Below are positions 1-8,015 of a DNA stretch of 46,554 nucleotides, piece after piece (position 1 is the stretch's first letter; each line of letters opens with the position of its first letter). The stretch comes from a virus (taxonomy: Duplodnaviria > Caudoviricetes), in the IMG/VR virus record IMGVR_UViG_3300020045_006090, positions 1 through 46,554 of that record, one strand, 5' to 3'. Below the pieces are notes generated by a model that searched no databases, was not told the origin of the DNA, and worked only from the letters and a program-made list of their open reading frames with translations. A program made the position numbers and the translations under genes.

Positions 1-121
1 ATGCGGGCGTATCAGATTATAAGCTTTACAGCGCGTCGACCGATGGCGAGGCCGACAGCTTGCTAAAAATGGAGGCCTACCGCATTCCGCCAAGCCTTGG
101 CACTTCGGAGGTCGATAAAGA
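1..121. repeat. Terminal direct repeat, copy 1 (circular assembly overlap)
   Basis: 1..121 is identical to 46434..46554, and an ORF reads in frame across the join. Confidence 0.97.
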
Positions 122-539
122 ATTGAATAAGCAGCTGGCGCAATCTTGCAAGCTTTCCGTCGAAAATCTTCGCGCTATCATCCGGGCTTGCCTTTTTAAT
201 GAGGGCGAAAATACTGATGCCGCCTTGATTGGAACAGGCGCAATTGTCCGAATGGGTTTTCATCCTGATCGAGTAAAAGAAAATCGGGAAAAGATCAGGG
301 AATTACTTTCTGATTTGCCGAATGAATTTCATACATCACTTGGCGGCGGGTGGTCATTTCTAATTGGCTGCATGACGATTTATGGCGATCAGTGGGGCGA
401 GCATACCGATGTCGATGAATTGTTCGCAATTGGCGGCGCAGCGGGATTTGTCACGCTGACTATGCCCCGCGAAATGTGGCCGACGCTGCCCGGCGGAATG
501 CCTTATTATTCTGTAGATCTGAATGCAGGTGAAGCATGA
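1..539 (+). CDS. 3' part of junction-spanning hypothetical phage protein (GGGWSFL...LPGGMPYY domain)
   Basis: ORF 60..539 extends upstream through the overlap; its stop overlaps the next ATG (ATGA). Confidence 0.8.
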   Translation, partial: AGVSDYKLYSASTDGEADSLLKMEAYRIPPSLGTSEVDKELNKQLAQSCKLSVENLRAIIRACLFNEGENTDAALIGTGAIVRMGFHPDRVKENREKIRELLSDLPNEFHTSLGGGWSFLIGCMTIYGDQWGEHTDVDELFAIGGAAGFVTLTMPREMWPTLPGGMPYYSVDLNAGEA

Positions 540-865
540 GCAATCAGCAAATCCGCATTATTATCGACGGTGAAATCGATATCGAAAAAGACGCATCAAA
601 TCTTGAAAGAAAAATCAGGCTTGCGATGACGCGATTTGATCTTCCGCAAGTCGAAATTCATGCCATTCGCATCATGGAGGAAGCGGATATCTACGCCAAT
701 TCAGAAAATGAAACGGGCATCGCTCGCGGCTTGCTTCATGCTTTGAAAGCCCTAAACGAAAAAGCAAAATCGGAGCGATGGCTTATCGTAAAAAATGGAA
801 CTGAAATGGTTACGCTATCAACAACAATAATTAAGCGGGCGGAGGCTTTTTATGGCGATGAATAA
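536..865 (+). CDS. Hypothetical protein
   Basis: ATGA coupling to the upstream gene; AGGTG RBS. Confidence 0.7.
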   Translation: MSNQQIRIIIDGEIDIEKDASNLERKIRLAMTRFDLPQVEIHAIRIMEEADIYANSENETGIARGLLHALKALNEKAKSERWLIVKNGTEMVTLSTTIIKRAEAFYGDE

Positions 866-1097
866 ATATTACGCGACATTCATGCAGCATCAGGCTTTTA
901 AAAATCACTATGTCGAAATCATAGCTGAAAATGAAAGCATCGCCCGCGCTGTTATGTTCGACCATTTCGGGCGTAAATGGTTCACGACTTACTCGGAGGA
1001 AAAATTCGCCGGGCAAATCGAGCAATTCAATCTCGACCGCTTACTGAGTATCACCGCAATCGATCATAAATCATCAATCGAATATATTTTAACTTAA
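858..1097 (+). CDS. Hypothetical phage protein
   Basis: GGAGG RBS upstream; start is 852 or 858; tightly packed operon. Confidence 0.7.
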   Translation: MNKYYATFMQHQAFKNHYVEIIAENESIARAVMFDHFGRKWFTTYSEEKFAGQIEQFNLDRLLSITAIDHKSSIEYILT

Positions 1098-1111
1098 AAG
1101 GAAAATCTGAA

Positions 1112-2356
1112 ATGAAATCTAATGACAACGCCGCGCTTTCGGTTATCGATCGCGCTGAATCTCGCGCCAACTTTCTTGTATTCAGGAATAAAGGCGTCAT
1201 AAATTTGCGGGCCGTGACAACTTTCGGCATATCCGCAAAAGACCCGGCGAACAGCAATCCGATTGGCTATTTTGGCACAGGCTTAAAATATGCGATCGCG
1301 GTTCTTGTTCGGCATGGCATCCCGATCAGCATTCACGCCGGAAGCGAAAAATATGAATTCGCTTTCAAGGAAGAATTTGTCCGGGAAAAAGCTTTCAAGA
1401 TTGTCACGATTAATGGCGAGCCGATGTCTTTCACCACTGACCTCGGCAAAAATTGGGAACTGTGGCAAGCCTTCCGCGAATTGTATTCAAATTGCGTTGA
1501 TGAATTCGGGCAATCATCATCCGAAATCGATGCGCCTGAACCGATGGTGGGAATGACGCACATAGTTGTTGAAAGCGAAAAGATGATTGAGCTTTTTGAA
1601 AACCGCCGGGAGATATTCCTGGAAGGTCAACCAATCGCTGAAACATCAGTAGCGGCAATTCATGGCGGGGAATCAAACAACGTATTTTATCGCGGCATCA
1701 AAATCGCATCGGTAAAAAATCCGCTGATGTATCGATACAATATCAAAAAGCACATGGACCTGACCGAGGACAGAACGCTTGCCTATTCATGGCAAATAAA
1801 CGACAGCATTGTTGACGCTGTAATGCAAAGCAATGACCCAAAATTTATTGAAAGCATTCTGACAGCCCCAGAATCGGCGCATGAGCATTCTCTAAATTTC
1901 CTGGATAATCGGGCCGAAATGTCGGACGCATTTAAATCAGTTGTTTCAGAATTGCGTCGCAACAAGCCGGAGAAAACAAACAAGGCCGCGCTTGAATTGT
2001 TTGATAGAAATTTACCCGCACAAGCAAGGTTCGAAATCTATAAGCCAAATCAGGCGGAGCAATCGCAATACATCAGGGCGGTCGATTTTCTTACCGCGCT
2101 TGGATATCCAATTGATAAATTCAAGGTTGTTTTTGTTGTAAATCTAGGTGAAAGCACGATGGCTTATGTCGAAGCCGGGGCAATGTATTTATCATCGGTT
2201 CTTTTTGACAAAGGCACAAAATATCTTGCCGCCACAATTTTCGAGGAATATGTGCATTTGCAATACGGCTTTGAAGATTGCAGCCGGGGAATGCAAAATT
2301 TCCTTTTTGAAAAGTTCATCAGCCTTGCTGAAACCATGAAAGGAGAAACCCTGTAA
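1112..2356 (+). CDS. GHKL (HATPase_c-like) ATPase-domain protein with C-terminal degenerate zincin-like motif
   Basis: FGISAK...IGYFGTGLK lid/G2 motif; FRELYSNCVDE N-box; C-terminal TIFEEYVH; AAGGA RBS. Confidence 0.65.
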   Translation: MKSNDNAALSVIDRAESRANFLVFRNKGVINLRAVTTFGISAKDPANSNPIGYFGTGLKYAIAVLVRHGIPISIHAGSEKYEFAFKEEFVREKAFKIVTINGEPMSFTTDLGKNWELWQAFRELYSNCVDEFGQSSSEIDAPEPMVGMTHIVVESEKMIELFENRREIFLEGQPIAETSVAAIHGGESNNVFYRGIKIASVKNPLMYRYNIKKHMDLTEDRTLAYSWQINDSIVDAVMQSNDPKFIESILTAPESAHEHSLNFLDNRAEMSDAFKSVVSELRRNKPEKTNKAALELFDRNLPAQARFEIYKPNQAEQSQYIRAVDFLTALGYPIDKFKVVFVVNLGESTMAYVEAGAMYLSSVLFDKGTKYLAATIFEEYVHLQYGFEDCSRGMQNFLFEKFISLAETMKGETL

Positions 2357-2559
2357 TGGCGCACGTTCATGTAATGCTTGATCTAATGACGGGCAAATTG
2401 TCTAAAATTGAAATCCATCCTGATCGTAAATTAATCCTCGAAGAAGTCGGCCCGGCAATAGAAAAAGAGGCTGTCATGCAGCTGCGAGATCATGCCCGGA
2501 AAATCGGCTGGGACGTAGATAAAATTCATGGCGGCAATAATTTCTTAACTAAAAATTAA
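2356..2559 (+). CDS. Hypothetical protein
   Basis: TAATG coupling; AAGGAG RBS. Confidence 0.65.
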   Translation: MAHVHVMLDLMTGKLSKIEIHPDRKLILEEVGPAIEKEAVMQLRDHARKIGWDVDKIHGGNNFLTKN

Positions 2560-2568
2560 GGATTTTAC

Positions 2569-2700
2569 ATGAAGATCACGATGGAAATTTTGGACCGCTT
2601 AATCGAATACGCTGATATGGCGTACGACCGGGCGATGCAAAAAGAAGATTTCGAAAAAGCCGGAGAGATCCGAAAAACATTAGAGGAAATAAATCAATGA
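2569..2700 (+). CDS. Small hypothetical protein (UVR-like coiled coil, 43 aa)
   Basis: Read manually: MKITMEILDRLIEYADMAYDRAMQKEDFEKAGEIRKTLEEINQ; TAAGGA RBS. Confidence 0.5.
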   Translation: MKITMEILDRLIEYADMAYDRAMQKEDFEKAGEIRKTLEEINQ

Positions 2701-2882
2701 TGGCTACACATCTTTCAGCTCAACCAAGCCAGCACCGCCTGGCATTGATCGAACAGCGCGGCGCGGTCGGTATATTTTTAGAATTGGATTGCAAGGAATA
2801 CAGCCGTATCACTTGCCCGATGAAGATTGTAACGCCTACTTTTGAAACCCTAAAGGAATGGAGAAAAGAAAATGGACTTTGA
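2697..2882 (+). CDS. Hypothetical protein
   Basis: GAGGA RBS; ATGA overlap. Confidence 0.55.
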   Translation: MMATHLSAQPSQHRLALIEQRGAVGIFLELDCKEYSRITCPMKIVTPTFETLKEWRKENGL

Positions 2883-3012
2883 TTTAAACGCGCATATTCA
2901 GGCGCAAGAAAAAAAGGAATTTTGGGAACACTTAAAAGCATGCGCGGAAATGGCAGGATATTACTGCCTGATCGCTTTAGCTTTCGGAGTATGCACATCA
3001 TGGCTTTGGTAA
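2872..3012 (+). CDS. Small membrane-anchored hypothetical protein (46 aa)
   Basis: Read manually: MDFDLNAHIQAQEKKEFWEHLKACAEMAGYYCLIALAFGVCTSWLW; GGAG RBS. Confidence 0.45.
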   Translation: MDFDLNAHIQAQEKKEFWEHLKACAEMAGYYCLIALAFGVCTSWLW

Positions 3013-3161
3013 AATTTGAAACCCGAGAGGCCCGGCTTAAGCGCGAAATCATGAATGCCGCAGATAAATATTCAAGCCGGGTTCGCTTTGGGGAATCCAA
3101 TTTCAAAATATTTGAGCGCGATACTGAAAAAGCAATAAAACGCTTTCAGGGGGCAAAATGA
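3000..3161 (+). CDS. Hypothetical protein
   Basis: Likely start MALVKFETREAR within ORF 2922..3161; GGAG upstream. Confidence 0.45.
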   Translation: MALVKFETREARLKREIMNAADKYSSRVRFGESNFKIFERDTEKAIKRFQGAK

Positions 3162-3249
3162 ACTGGCCTTATTTTTTCGGCTTAATATTTTGCGGCTTAA
3201 GCGGGGCTTGCGTGATGACAATCCTTTATCTTTTTTGGGAGGCAATGCA

Positions 3250-3561
3250 ATGAAACAGACAGGACTATGGCGCACAAAGATGGCTGTTATTTGGCGCATA
3301 ATAAAAGCAAAAGAGCTTCACATGATCATGTCCGATCAGCCAATAACTGTTTTTAGCTCGCCGCATCAAAAAGGAACTATATCATCCAACGGAAGCGATC
3401 ATGTTTCAATCATTGGAATTTGCGCCGCCGTCGGAATGATTTCTGATTACCCGATTAAGATCGTCCCGACGCCGCTTGTCACTGAGTGGTGCGGTTCTGG
3501 GATTGTTCCTGCTGATACTGTTAAGCCAATTTCTATCAAAATAGGGGGCAATAATGATTGA
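3250..3561 (+). CDS. Hypothetical protein
   Basis: GGAGG RBS before MKQTGLW. Confidence 0.55.
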   Translation: MKQTGLWRTKMAVIWRIIKAKELHMIMSDQPITVFSSPHQKGTISSNGSDHVSIIGICAAVGMISDYPIKIVPTPLVTEWCGSGIVPADTVKPISIKIGGNND

Positions 3562-3701
3562 AGATATTCGAATACTAAAAAGGAAAATTCCAATCGGCAA
3601 AAAAGGAATTTTTGGCGGTCGGGAATTCCGATATGAAAACGTAATCCAGAAAAAGATCGATGGAAAATGGATTGATGCAAAATGGGTGGATGAAGAAAAT
3701 C

Positions 3702-3965
3702 ATGGATGAATTCAAAAAAGATGACATACGCTTGGCGCGAAAAGTTCTGTCTGATCTTTGCAGCAATAAAGGAAGATATTTTCGCATGACTGTCCCGGTG
3801 CAAGACGATGACAGCGACATGGTTTTGAAGCGTGTCATTGATCAGGCCGAAAGATCTACCATTGATCTCGCGGCCCTGAAAGCGGTCGCCATGCGGCAAT
3901 CGGAAGATGTGCACGATTTTGAAACGGCTTGGAATGCTGAAATCGAAAGACAAAAAAATGCTTAA
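3702..3965 (+). CDS. Hypothetical phage protein
   Basis: Within ORF 3660..3965; start uncertain. Confidence 0.55.
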   Translation: MDEFKKDDIRLARKVLSDLCSNKGRYFRMTVPVQDDDSDMVLKRVIDQAERSTIDLAALKAVAMRQSEDVHDFETAWNAEIERQKNA

Positions 3966-4227
3966 GGTTCAGTCCCGCGCTTGTTCAACGTGCATTTATC
4001 GCAAGGATTCGCCGCTTGATCTAAATAAGCTTGAGGCCGATATCGCCGATAAATACATGCCCGGATATTTCAAAGGCCATAGAATATGCCATCATTCAAA
4101 AGATGTTTGTTGTCGGGGATTTTGGAACCGCCATAAAGATAAATTTACGCTCGGGCAAATCGCGCAACGCCTGGGCTTTGTTCAATTCGTAAATATCGAT
4201 ATTTTAAAAAGGAAAAATAATGGCTGA
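3958..4227 (+). CDS. Cys/His-rich putative zinc-binding phage protein (DUF6283-like)
   Basis: CSTCIYR...ICHH...CCRGF motif; likely start MLKVQ at 3958. Confidence 0.55.
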   Translation: MLKVQSRACSTCIYRKDSPLDLNKLEADIADKYMPGYFKGHRICHHSKDVCCRGFWNRHKDKFTLGQIAQRLGFVQFVNIDILKRKNNG

Positions 4228-5023
4228 AAATTCAGGAATAGAATGGACCCACCACACTTTCAATCCGTGGATAGGATGCACAAAAATATCGGAGGCTTGC
4301 GATCATTGCTACGCCGCTGAATGGGACAAGCGATATGAAGGCGGAAAACATTGGGGGCCGACAGCACCGCGCCGACGCACAAGCGATTCTAATTGGCGGA
4401 CGCCTCTGAAATGGAACCGCATCGCCGGGGAAAAGGGCATCAGGCTACGTGTATTTTGCGCGTCGCTGGCTGATGTTTTTGACAATAAGGTTGACCCGTC
4501 ATGGCGCGTCGATCTTTTCCGCCTGATATCAGAAACGCCGCACCTTGATTGGCTTCTTTTGACGAAACGGCCACAAAATATTCACAAGATGTTGCCGCCT
4601 GATTGGGGCTACGGATATCCGAATGTATGGCTCGGCACGACCGTAGAGCATCAGAAAGCCGCCGACAAAAATATCTTGCCTCTTTTGAACGTACCAGCGC
4701 GAATTAGATTCCTATCATGCGAACCTTTGCTCGGCCCGATATCTCTTTCTCATATCCACGCAGATTTAAGGCATATCGGCGGCCCGGATTATTTCGATGC
4801 CCTTAGATGGTCAGGCTCAAAAATCGATTGGGTCATCACAGGCGGCGAAAGCGGGAGCCATTTCCGGCCCGCTGACGCTGATTGGTTCAGAGCCTTGCGC
4901 GATCAGTGTGCCGCCGCCGGAACAGCCTTCCTATTTAAGCAATGGGAGGGCGCGACGCAGCCGATCATCAAAGCCAAGGGCCGAGAATTGGACGGGGTGG
5001 TGCATGATGGCTACCCGGCTTAA
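4220..5023 (+). CDS. DUF5131 / phage Gp37-Gp68 family radical-SAM-like protein
   Basis: IEWTHHTFNPWIGCTKISEACDHCYA (Cx6Cx2C), LLLTKRPQ, RFLSCEPLLG, WVITGGESG, FLFKQW. Confidence 0.92.
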   Translation: MAENSGIEWTHHTFNPWIGCTKISEACDHCYAAEWDKRYEGGKHWGPTAPRRRTSDSNWRTPLKWNRIAGEKGIRLRVFCASLADVFDNKVDPSWRVDLFRLISETPHLDWLLLTKRPQNIHKMLPPDWGYGYPNVWLGTTVEHQKAADKNILPLLNVPARIRFLSCEPLLGPISLSHIHADLRHIGGPDYFDALRWSGSKIDWVITGGESGSHFRPADADWFRALRDQCAAAGTAFLFKQWEGATQPIIKAKGRELDGVVHDGYPA

Positions 5024-5243
5024 ATGCTGCGTCGACCGTTGCAATCGCACCACGGGCGAATATCCGCCCGACAGCGAATGGATTTGTCCCTTACATTGGC
5101 AATGGGTGCCAAAGCTGAAACGCCGGGCTTACACGCGCGTTAAACGCCGCTTTCGGGCAAATCCATCAGATCAGAACCGGGATGCCGCACGGCGCATCTG
5201 GGAGCGCATGAAACGCCTGGCACATCGCGGAATGATGGCATGA
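5007..5243 (+). CDS. Small Cys/His zinc-finger-like basic protein
   Basis: MATRLKCCVDRC...WICPLHW; 3' part of ORF 4797..5243. Confidence 0.55.
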   Translation: MATRLKCCVDRCNRTTGEYPPDSEWICPLHWQWVPKLKRRAYTRVKRRFRANPSDQNRDAARRIWERMKRLAHRGMMA

Positions 5244-5270
5244 AAAAGCCCCGGTTTTTACGCCGGGGCT
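5243..5270 (-). terminator. Intrinsic terminator between convergent operons
   Basis: AGCCCCGG-N8-CCGGGGCT hairpin, with an A-run on + giving a U-tract on the minus strand. Confidence 0.75.
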
Positions 5271-5330
5271 CCACTCAAAGGAAATAATAAAGAATGAACA
5301 AGAAAAGTATCAGGCAAATTATCCTGATTG

Positions 5331-5534
5331 TCAAATCGCTTTTAGATTGACCGCTTCGACTTTTCCTTTTTTGGTTTCGAGTTCATAAGAAACGCGTTGA
5401 TTTTCATTCAGACCGCGCATGCCGGATCTTTCGACATTCGAAATATGGACAAAGACATCTTTTCCGCCATCATCAGGAACGATGAAGCCGAAACCTTTCT
5501 GTGAATTGAACCATTTAACAGTACCATTTAGCAT
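5331..5534 (-). CDS. cspA: Cold-shock protein (CSD), 67 aa
   Basis: MLNGTVKWFNSQKGFGFI...DVFVHIS (RNP1/RNP2); start at 5534. Confidence 0.95.
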   Translation of the reverse strand: MLNGTVKWFNSQKGFGFIVPDDGGKDVFVHISNVERSGMRGLNENQRVSYELETKKGKVEAVNLKAI

Positions 5535-5659
5535 AGATTTTATTCCTGATTTTAGAGGTTTGAACCGAGGCGGGATTGTCTCGATAGGAAACCGACGCTG
5601 CTTATAAAAAATCAATCCAATGTTGAAATTTAGTCGTCGGTTTCCATTCGAATCAACCG

Positions 5660-5971
5660 TTAGGCTGATGGAGCAGTTTTAGGCAATTCGCCCGCTTCCG
5701 CTTTTTCTGTATATTCTTCCTGCTTTTGCAATTCGATTTGTTCTTCGACATTTGCAACGCCGGATTGAGTTTCGCCGTTTGCATTGGCATTGACCGCGCC
5801 AGATTCAGATCCTTGGGTTTCCTTGTAAAGATCATCAAGGCTTCCATTTCTGATTTCTGCATTGTCAGAATTGAAAACAGTAAAAGAACCATCATCATTT
5901 TCTGCAATGCGAGCGCCGCCGTGGAATGCGTTCAAGGCATTGATTTTATCTTCTTTGGTTAATTCGGACAT
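5660..5971 (-). CDS. Acidic hypothetical protein
   Basis: AAGGA RBS; about 21 D/E against 8 K/R. Confidence 0.7.
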   Translation of the reverse strand: MSELTKEDKINALNAFHGGARIAENDDGSFTVFNSDNAEIRNGSLDDLYKETQGSESGAVNANANGETQSGVANVEEQIELQKQEEYTEKAEAGELPKTAPSA

Positions 5972-5980
5972 TTTTTTCCT

Positions 5981-6283
5981 TTAGGTTTGGGGTTGTGAAA
6001 ACTTTTTAGAATGCCAGGCATTGTGCATCAAATTCATATGCTCGGCAATCTTAGGATTTTTAACCACCGTCCCTTTGAAAGGTGGCCAATATTTTGACGG
6101 GCTCATGTTATGGCGGAGCGAACGCTTGGGTTGCTTACCGAAGCCGTGGCCTTTGGATTTAGTCATTATCCTGTCAAAGTCGCCTGGCCTTAAATTTGCC
6201 GGGCCATCATCAGGTAAAACTTTCATTAAACCAGCGATTGCTGCCATCAATGCAGCTTTCATCAATCCGGGTCTTTTCATCAT
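5981..6283 (-). CDS. Basic hypothetical protein
   Basis: AAGGA RBS; operon context. Confidence 0.65.
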   Translation of the reverse strand: MMKRPGLMKAALMAAIAGLMKVLPDDGPANLRPGDFDRIMTKSKGHGFGKQPKRSLRHNMSPSKYWPPFKGTVVKNPKIAEHMNLMHNAWHSKKFSQPQT

Positions 6284-6303
6284 TTTTAGATTTCCTTTCA
6301 GGT

Positions 6304-6759
6304 TTAGTTAAGCGGTTCGTTCATGATTTGCGCTTGTGTTTTTTCAGCTTTCTTTTCAGCCTTATTTTCAAGCTTGTCGATTTTCTTTTGCTCGCGCTCG
6401 GTTTTTTTGGCTTCGGCGGCAGCAGCTTTTTCGCGGTCCTTGCGTAAAACATGCTCAAAAAGATCTTCCATTTTCATCGTGCCGATTACGGAATCGACAA
6501 CAGCAGCGCCTTCGTCATATCCATCGCGCTTTTTAAGATCAGCTTTTGCCCTGTTCAGCCTGTCTTGGAATGCTTTTGTATCGATGCCAAGTGCCTCAAC
6601 TTCTTTTCTGATTTGTGTCCTGACTTCATTTAGCTTTTGGCTTTCTTCATCAGCCTTGGCATATCGGACAATCAATTCGCGCAATGTGTCCTGCATGTTG
6701 TGGTTCTTATGACCGTCGCTTTGGTTTTTAATTTTATTGTGGGTTGCTTCAAGTGCCAT
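6304..6759 (-). CDS. gapR: GapR/DUF2312-like nucleoid-associated protein with charged C-terminal tail
   Basis: LRELIVRYAKADEESQKLNEVRTQIRKEVEALGIDTKAF matches the GapR pattern LRsxIeRxxxLeEExxxxxxdixxvxxEaKxxGfDtKa. Confidence 0.6.
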   Translation of the reverse strand: MALEATHNKIKNQSDGHKNHNMQDTLRELIVRYAKADEESQKLNEVRTQIRKEVEALGIDTKAFQDRLNRAKADLKKRDGYDEGAAVVDSVIGTMKMEDLFEHVLRKDREKAAAAEAKKTEREQKKIDKLENKAEKKAEKTQAQIMNEPLN

Positions 6760-6778
6760 TTTTAATTTTCCTTTGAGT

Positions 6779-7222
6779 TTATGTTTTAGGGATTAGAACT
6801 TTTACACCGCGACTAGCTTCAAATATTGCGATTTTAATGCGGCTGACTTCTTCAATAAAGCTTCCAGCCTTGGTGTCCTCATAATGCAAGTCGCCGACAT
6901 GTGCCGGTCGTTTATATTGTGCATCAAGCGTGTATGTAATTGATTTTCCTTCGTGATCGAAAAGCGGTCTATTATTTACCATCAATTCGTATTTAACCTG
7001 AAAGCGTAAATCTGAAATTGTCCCGGCATCTTGCAAAAGCAAAAGCTTCATGCCTCGCTTGAATTCAACCTCGGACATAAAATATTGGCGATTTTTAGAA
7101 CCGCATTTCGGGCATTCAGTATAATTTTCTTTTTGATTGTGGCGGCAATCTAAACAAGCGTGACACTTTTTAGCGTTTTCGCGGCTTTTGCCATCAGATT
7201 TGTATTTAGGTTTTTTAGCCAT
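6779..7222 (-). CDS. DUF1064-family PD-(D/E)xK nuclease with N-terminal Zn ribbon
   Basis: FMSEVE...LQDAGTISDLRFQVKYEL...YTLDAQY...EDTK; CLDC...CPKC. Confidence 0.75.
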   Translation of the reverse strand: MAKKPKYKSDGKSRENAKKCHACLDCRHNQKENYTECPKCGSKNRQYFMSEVEFKRGMKLLLLQDAGTISDLRFQVKYELMVNNRPLFDHEGKSITYTLDAQYKRPAHVGDLHYEDTKAGSFIEEVSRIKIAIFEASRGVKVLIPKT

Positions 7223-7253
7223 CGAGAATCGTTCTTTTGTTAGATTTCCCGAA

Positions 7254-7282
7254 ACGGTATGTCATTATCTTTTTTTTGTCAA
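7254..7282 (-). promoter_or_regulatory. Sigma70-type promoter upstream of DUF1064/gapR/cspA
   Basis: TTGACA-N17-TACCGT on the minus strand. Confidence 0.7.
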
Positions 7283-7816
7283 TCAGGGGAAATAAATCTG
7301 GCTAGGCAAATCAAGGCCGTGGCAGAACCATGCACAATAAAACCATGCCCCGCCCTCTTTTCCTGATGGCGTTACGAATTCGCATCTTTCAGGCAACATG
7401 ACTAGCTGAATTCCGTATTTTTTGAATAGCTTAAAGCGGCCTTGCTCTCCCATTTTGGTAATTGGCATCAGCAGCGCGAAAGGCTTTCCGAGGTCGTAGC
7501 ATCTTTGAAGCCATTCATCGGCAAGGGAAAAAGGTGGATTAGTGATTATCATGTCGAATTCAGGCACCGCCATAAGGGGCGACATAAAATCAAAGCCCGC
7601 CAGGATATCTGTGCCTTCAACTTCATATCCCAATTGCTCAAGGTAATTTACAAGCCTCCCTGACCCGGCAGCGCATTCCCAAATTTTCCATTCTTTCGGC
7701 ACCGATCGGCAAAGGATCTCGACCGGGGATAAGTCCCTTGTCTGGAAATGGTTAGAACTCCCGGTTTTTTTGGGGGGCATTTTTGATTTGATATTCGAAG
7801 GGAGCTGATGGGACAC
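7283..7816 (-). CDS. Small DNA N6-adenine methyltransferase
   Basis: Motif I IWECAAGSG; motif IV IITNPPF; no obvious target-recognition domain. Confidence 0.85.
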   Translation of the reverse strand: MSHQLPSNIKSKMPPKKTGSSNHFQTRDLSPVEILCRSVPKEWKIWECAAGSGRLVNYLEQLGYEVEGTDILAGFDFMSPLMAVPEFDMIITNPPFSLADEWLQRCYDLGKPFALLMPITKMGEQGRFKLFKKYGIQLVMLPERCEFVTPSGKEGGAWFYCAWFCHGLDLPSQIYFP

Positions 7817-8015
7817 TTTTTTTCTTTCCGAATTGTGGATAACAAAGGCGGCTATGGCTTACACAATACGGGGATTTTATGCCGGAGCGTGGATCGTTGG
7901 CGCGGGGATTGCCGCAAAATGTAGCGTCGGGGGTTTTGGGATCGCCTGTGATATGTCGGCAACAATCAATATTTAGAACTTCAATAAAAGATTGTGGCTC
8001 AACCTTTTTTGGCAT
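7752..8015 (-). CDS. gcrA: GcrA-like protein, C-terminal (sigma70-interacting) domain only
   Basis: LNIDCCRHITGDP...FCG...SPYCVSHSRLCY matches the GcrA CTD pattern CRWPxGDP...FCG...PYCxxH; no N-terminal HTH. Confidence 0.75.
   Translation of the reverse strand: MPKKVEPQSFIEVLNIDCCRHITGDPKTPDATFCGNPRANDPRSGIKSPYCVSHSRLCYPQFGKKKSVPSAPFEYQIKNAPQKNREF

Noticed and set aside
1-121. 121-bp terminal repeat as a biological DTR
   Set aside because: It falls mid-gene, is exact and is k-mer sized, so it is best explained as assembler circular overlap.
7283-7816. CcrM orthologue
   Set aside because: It is 177 aa with motif I before NPPF. CcrM is a larger beta-class DPPY enzyme.
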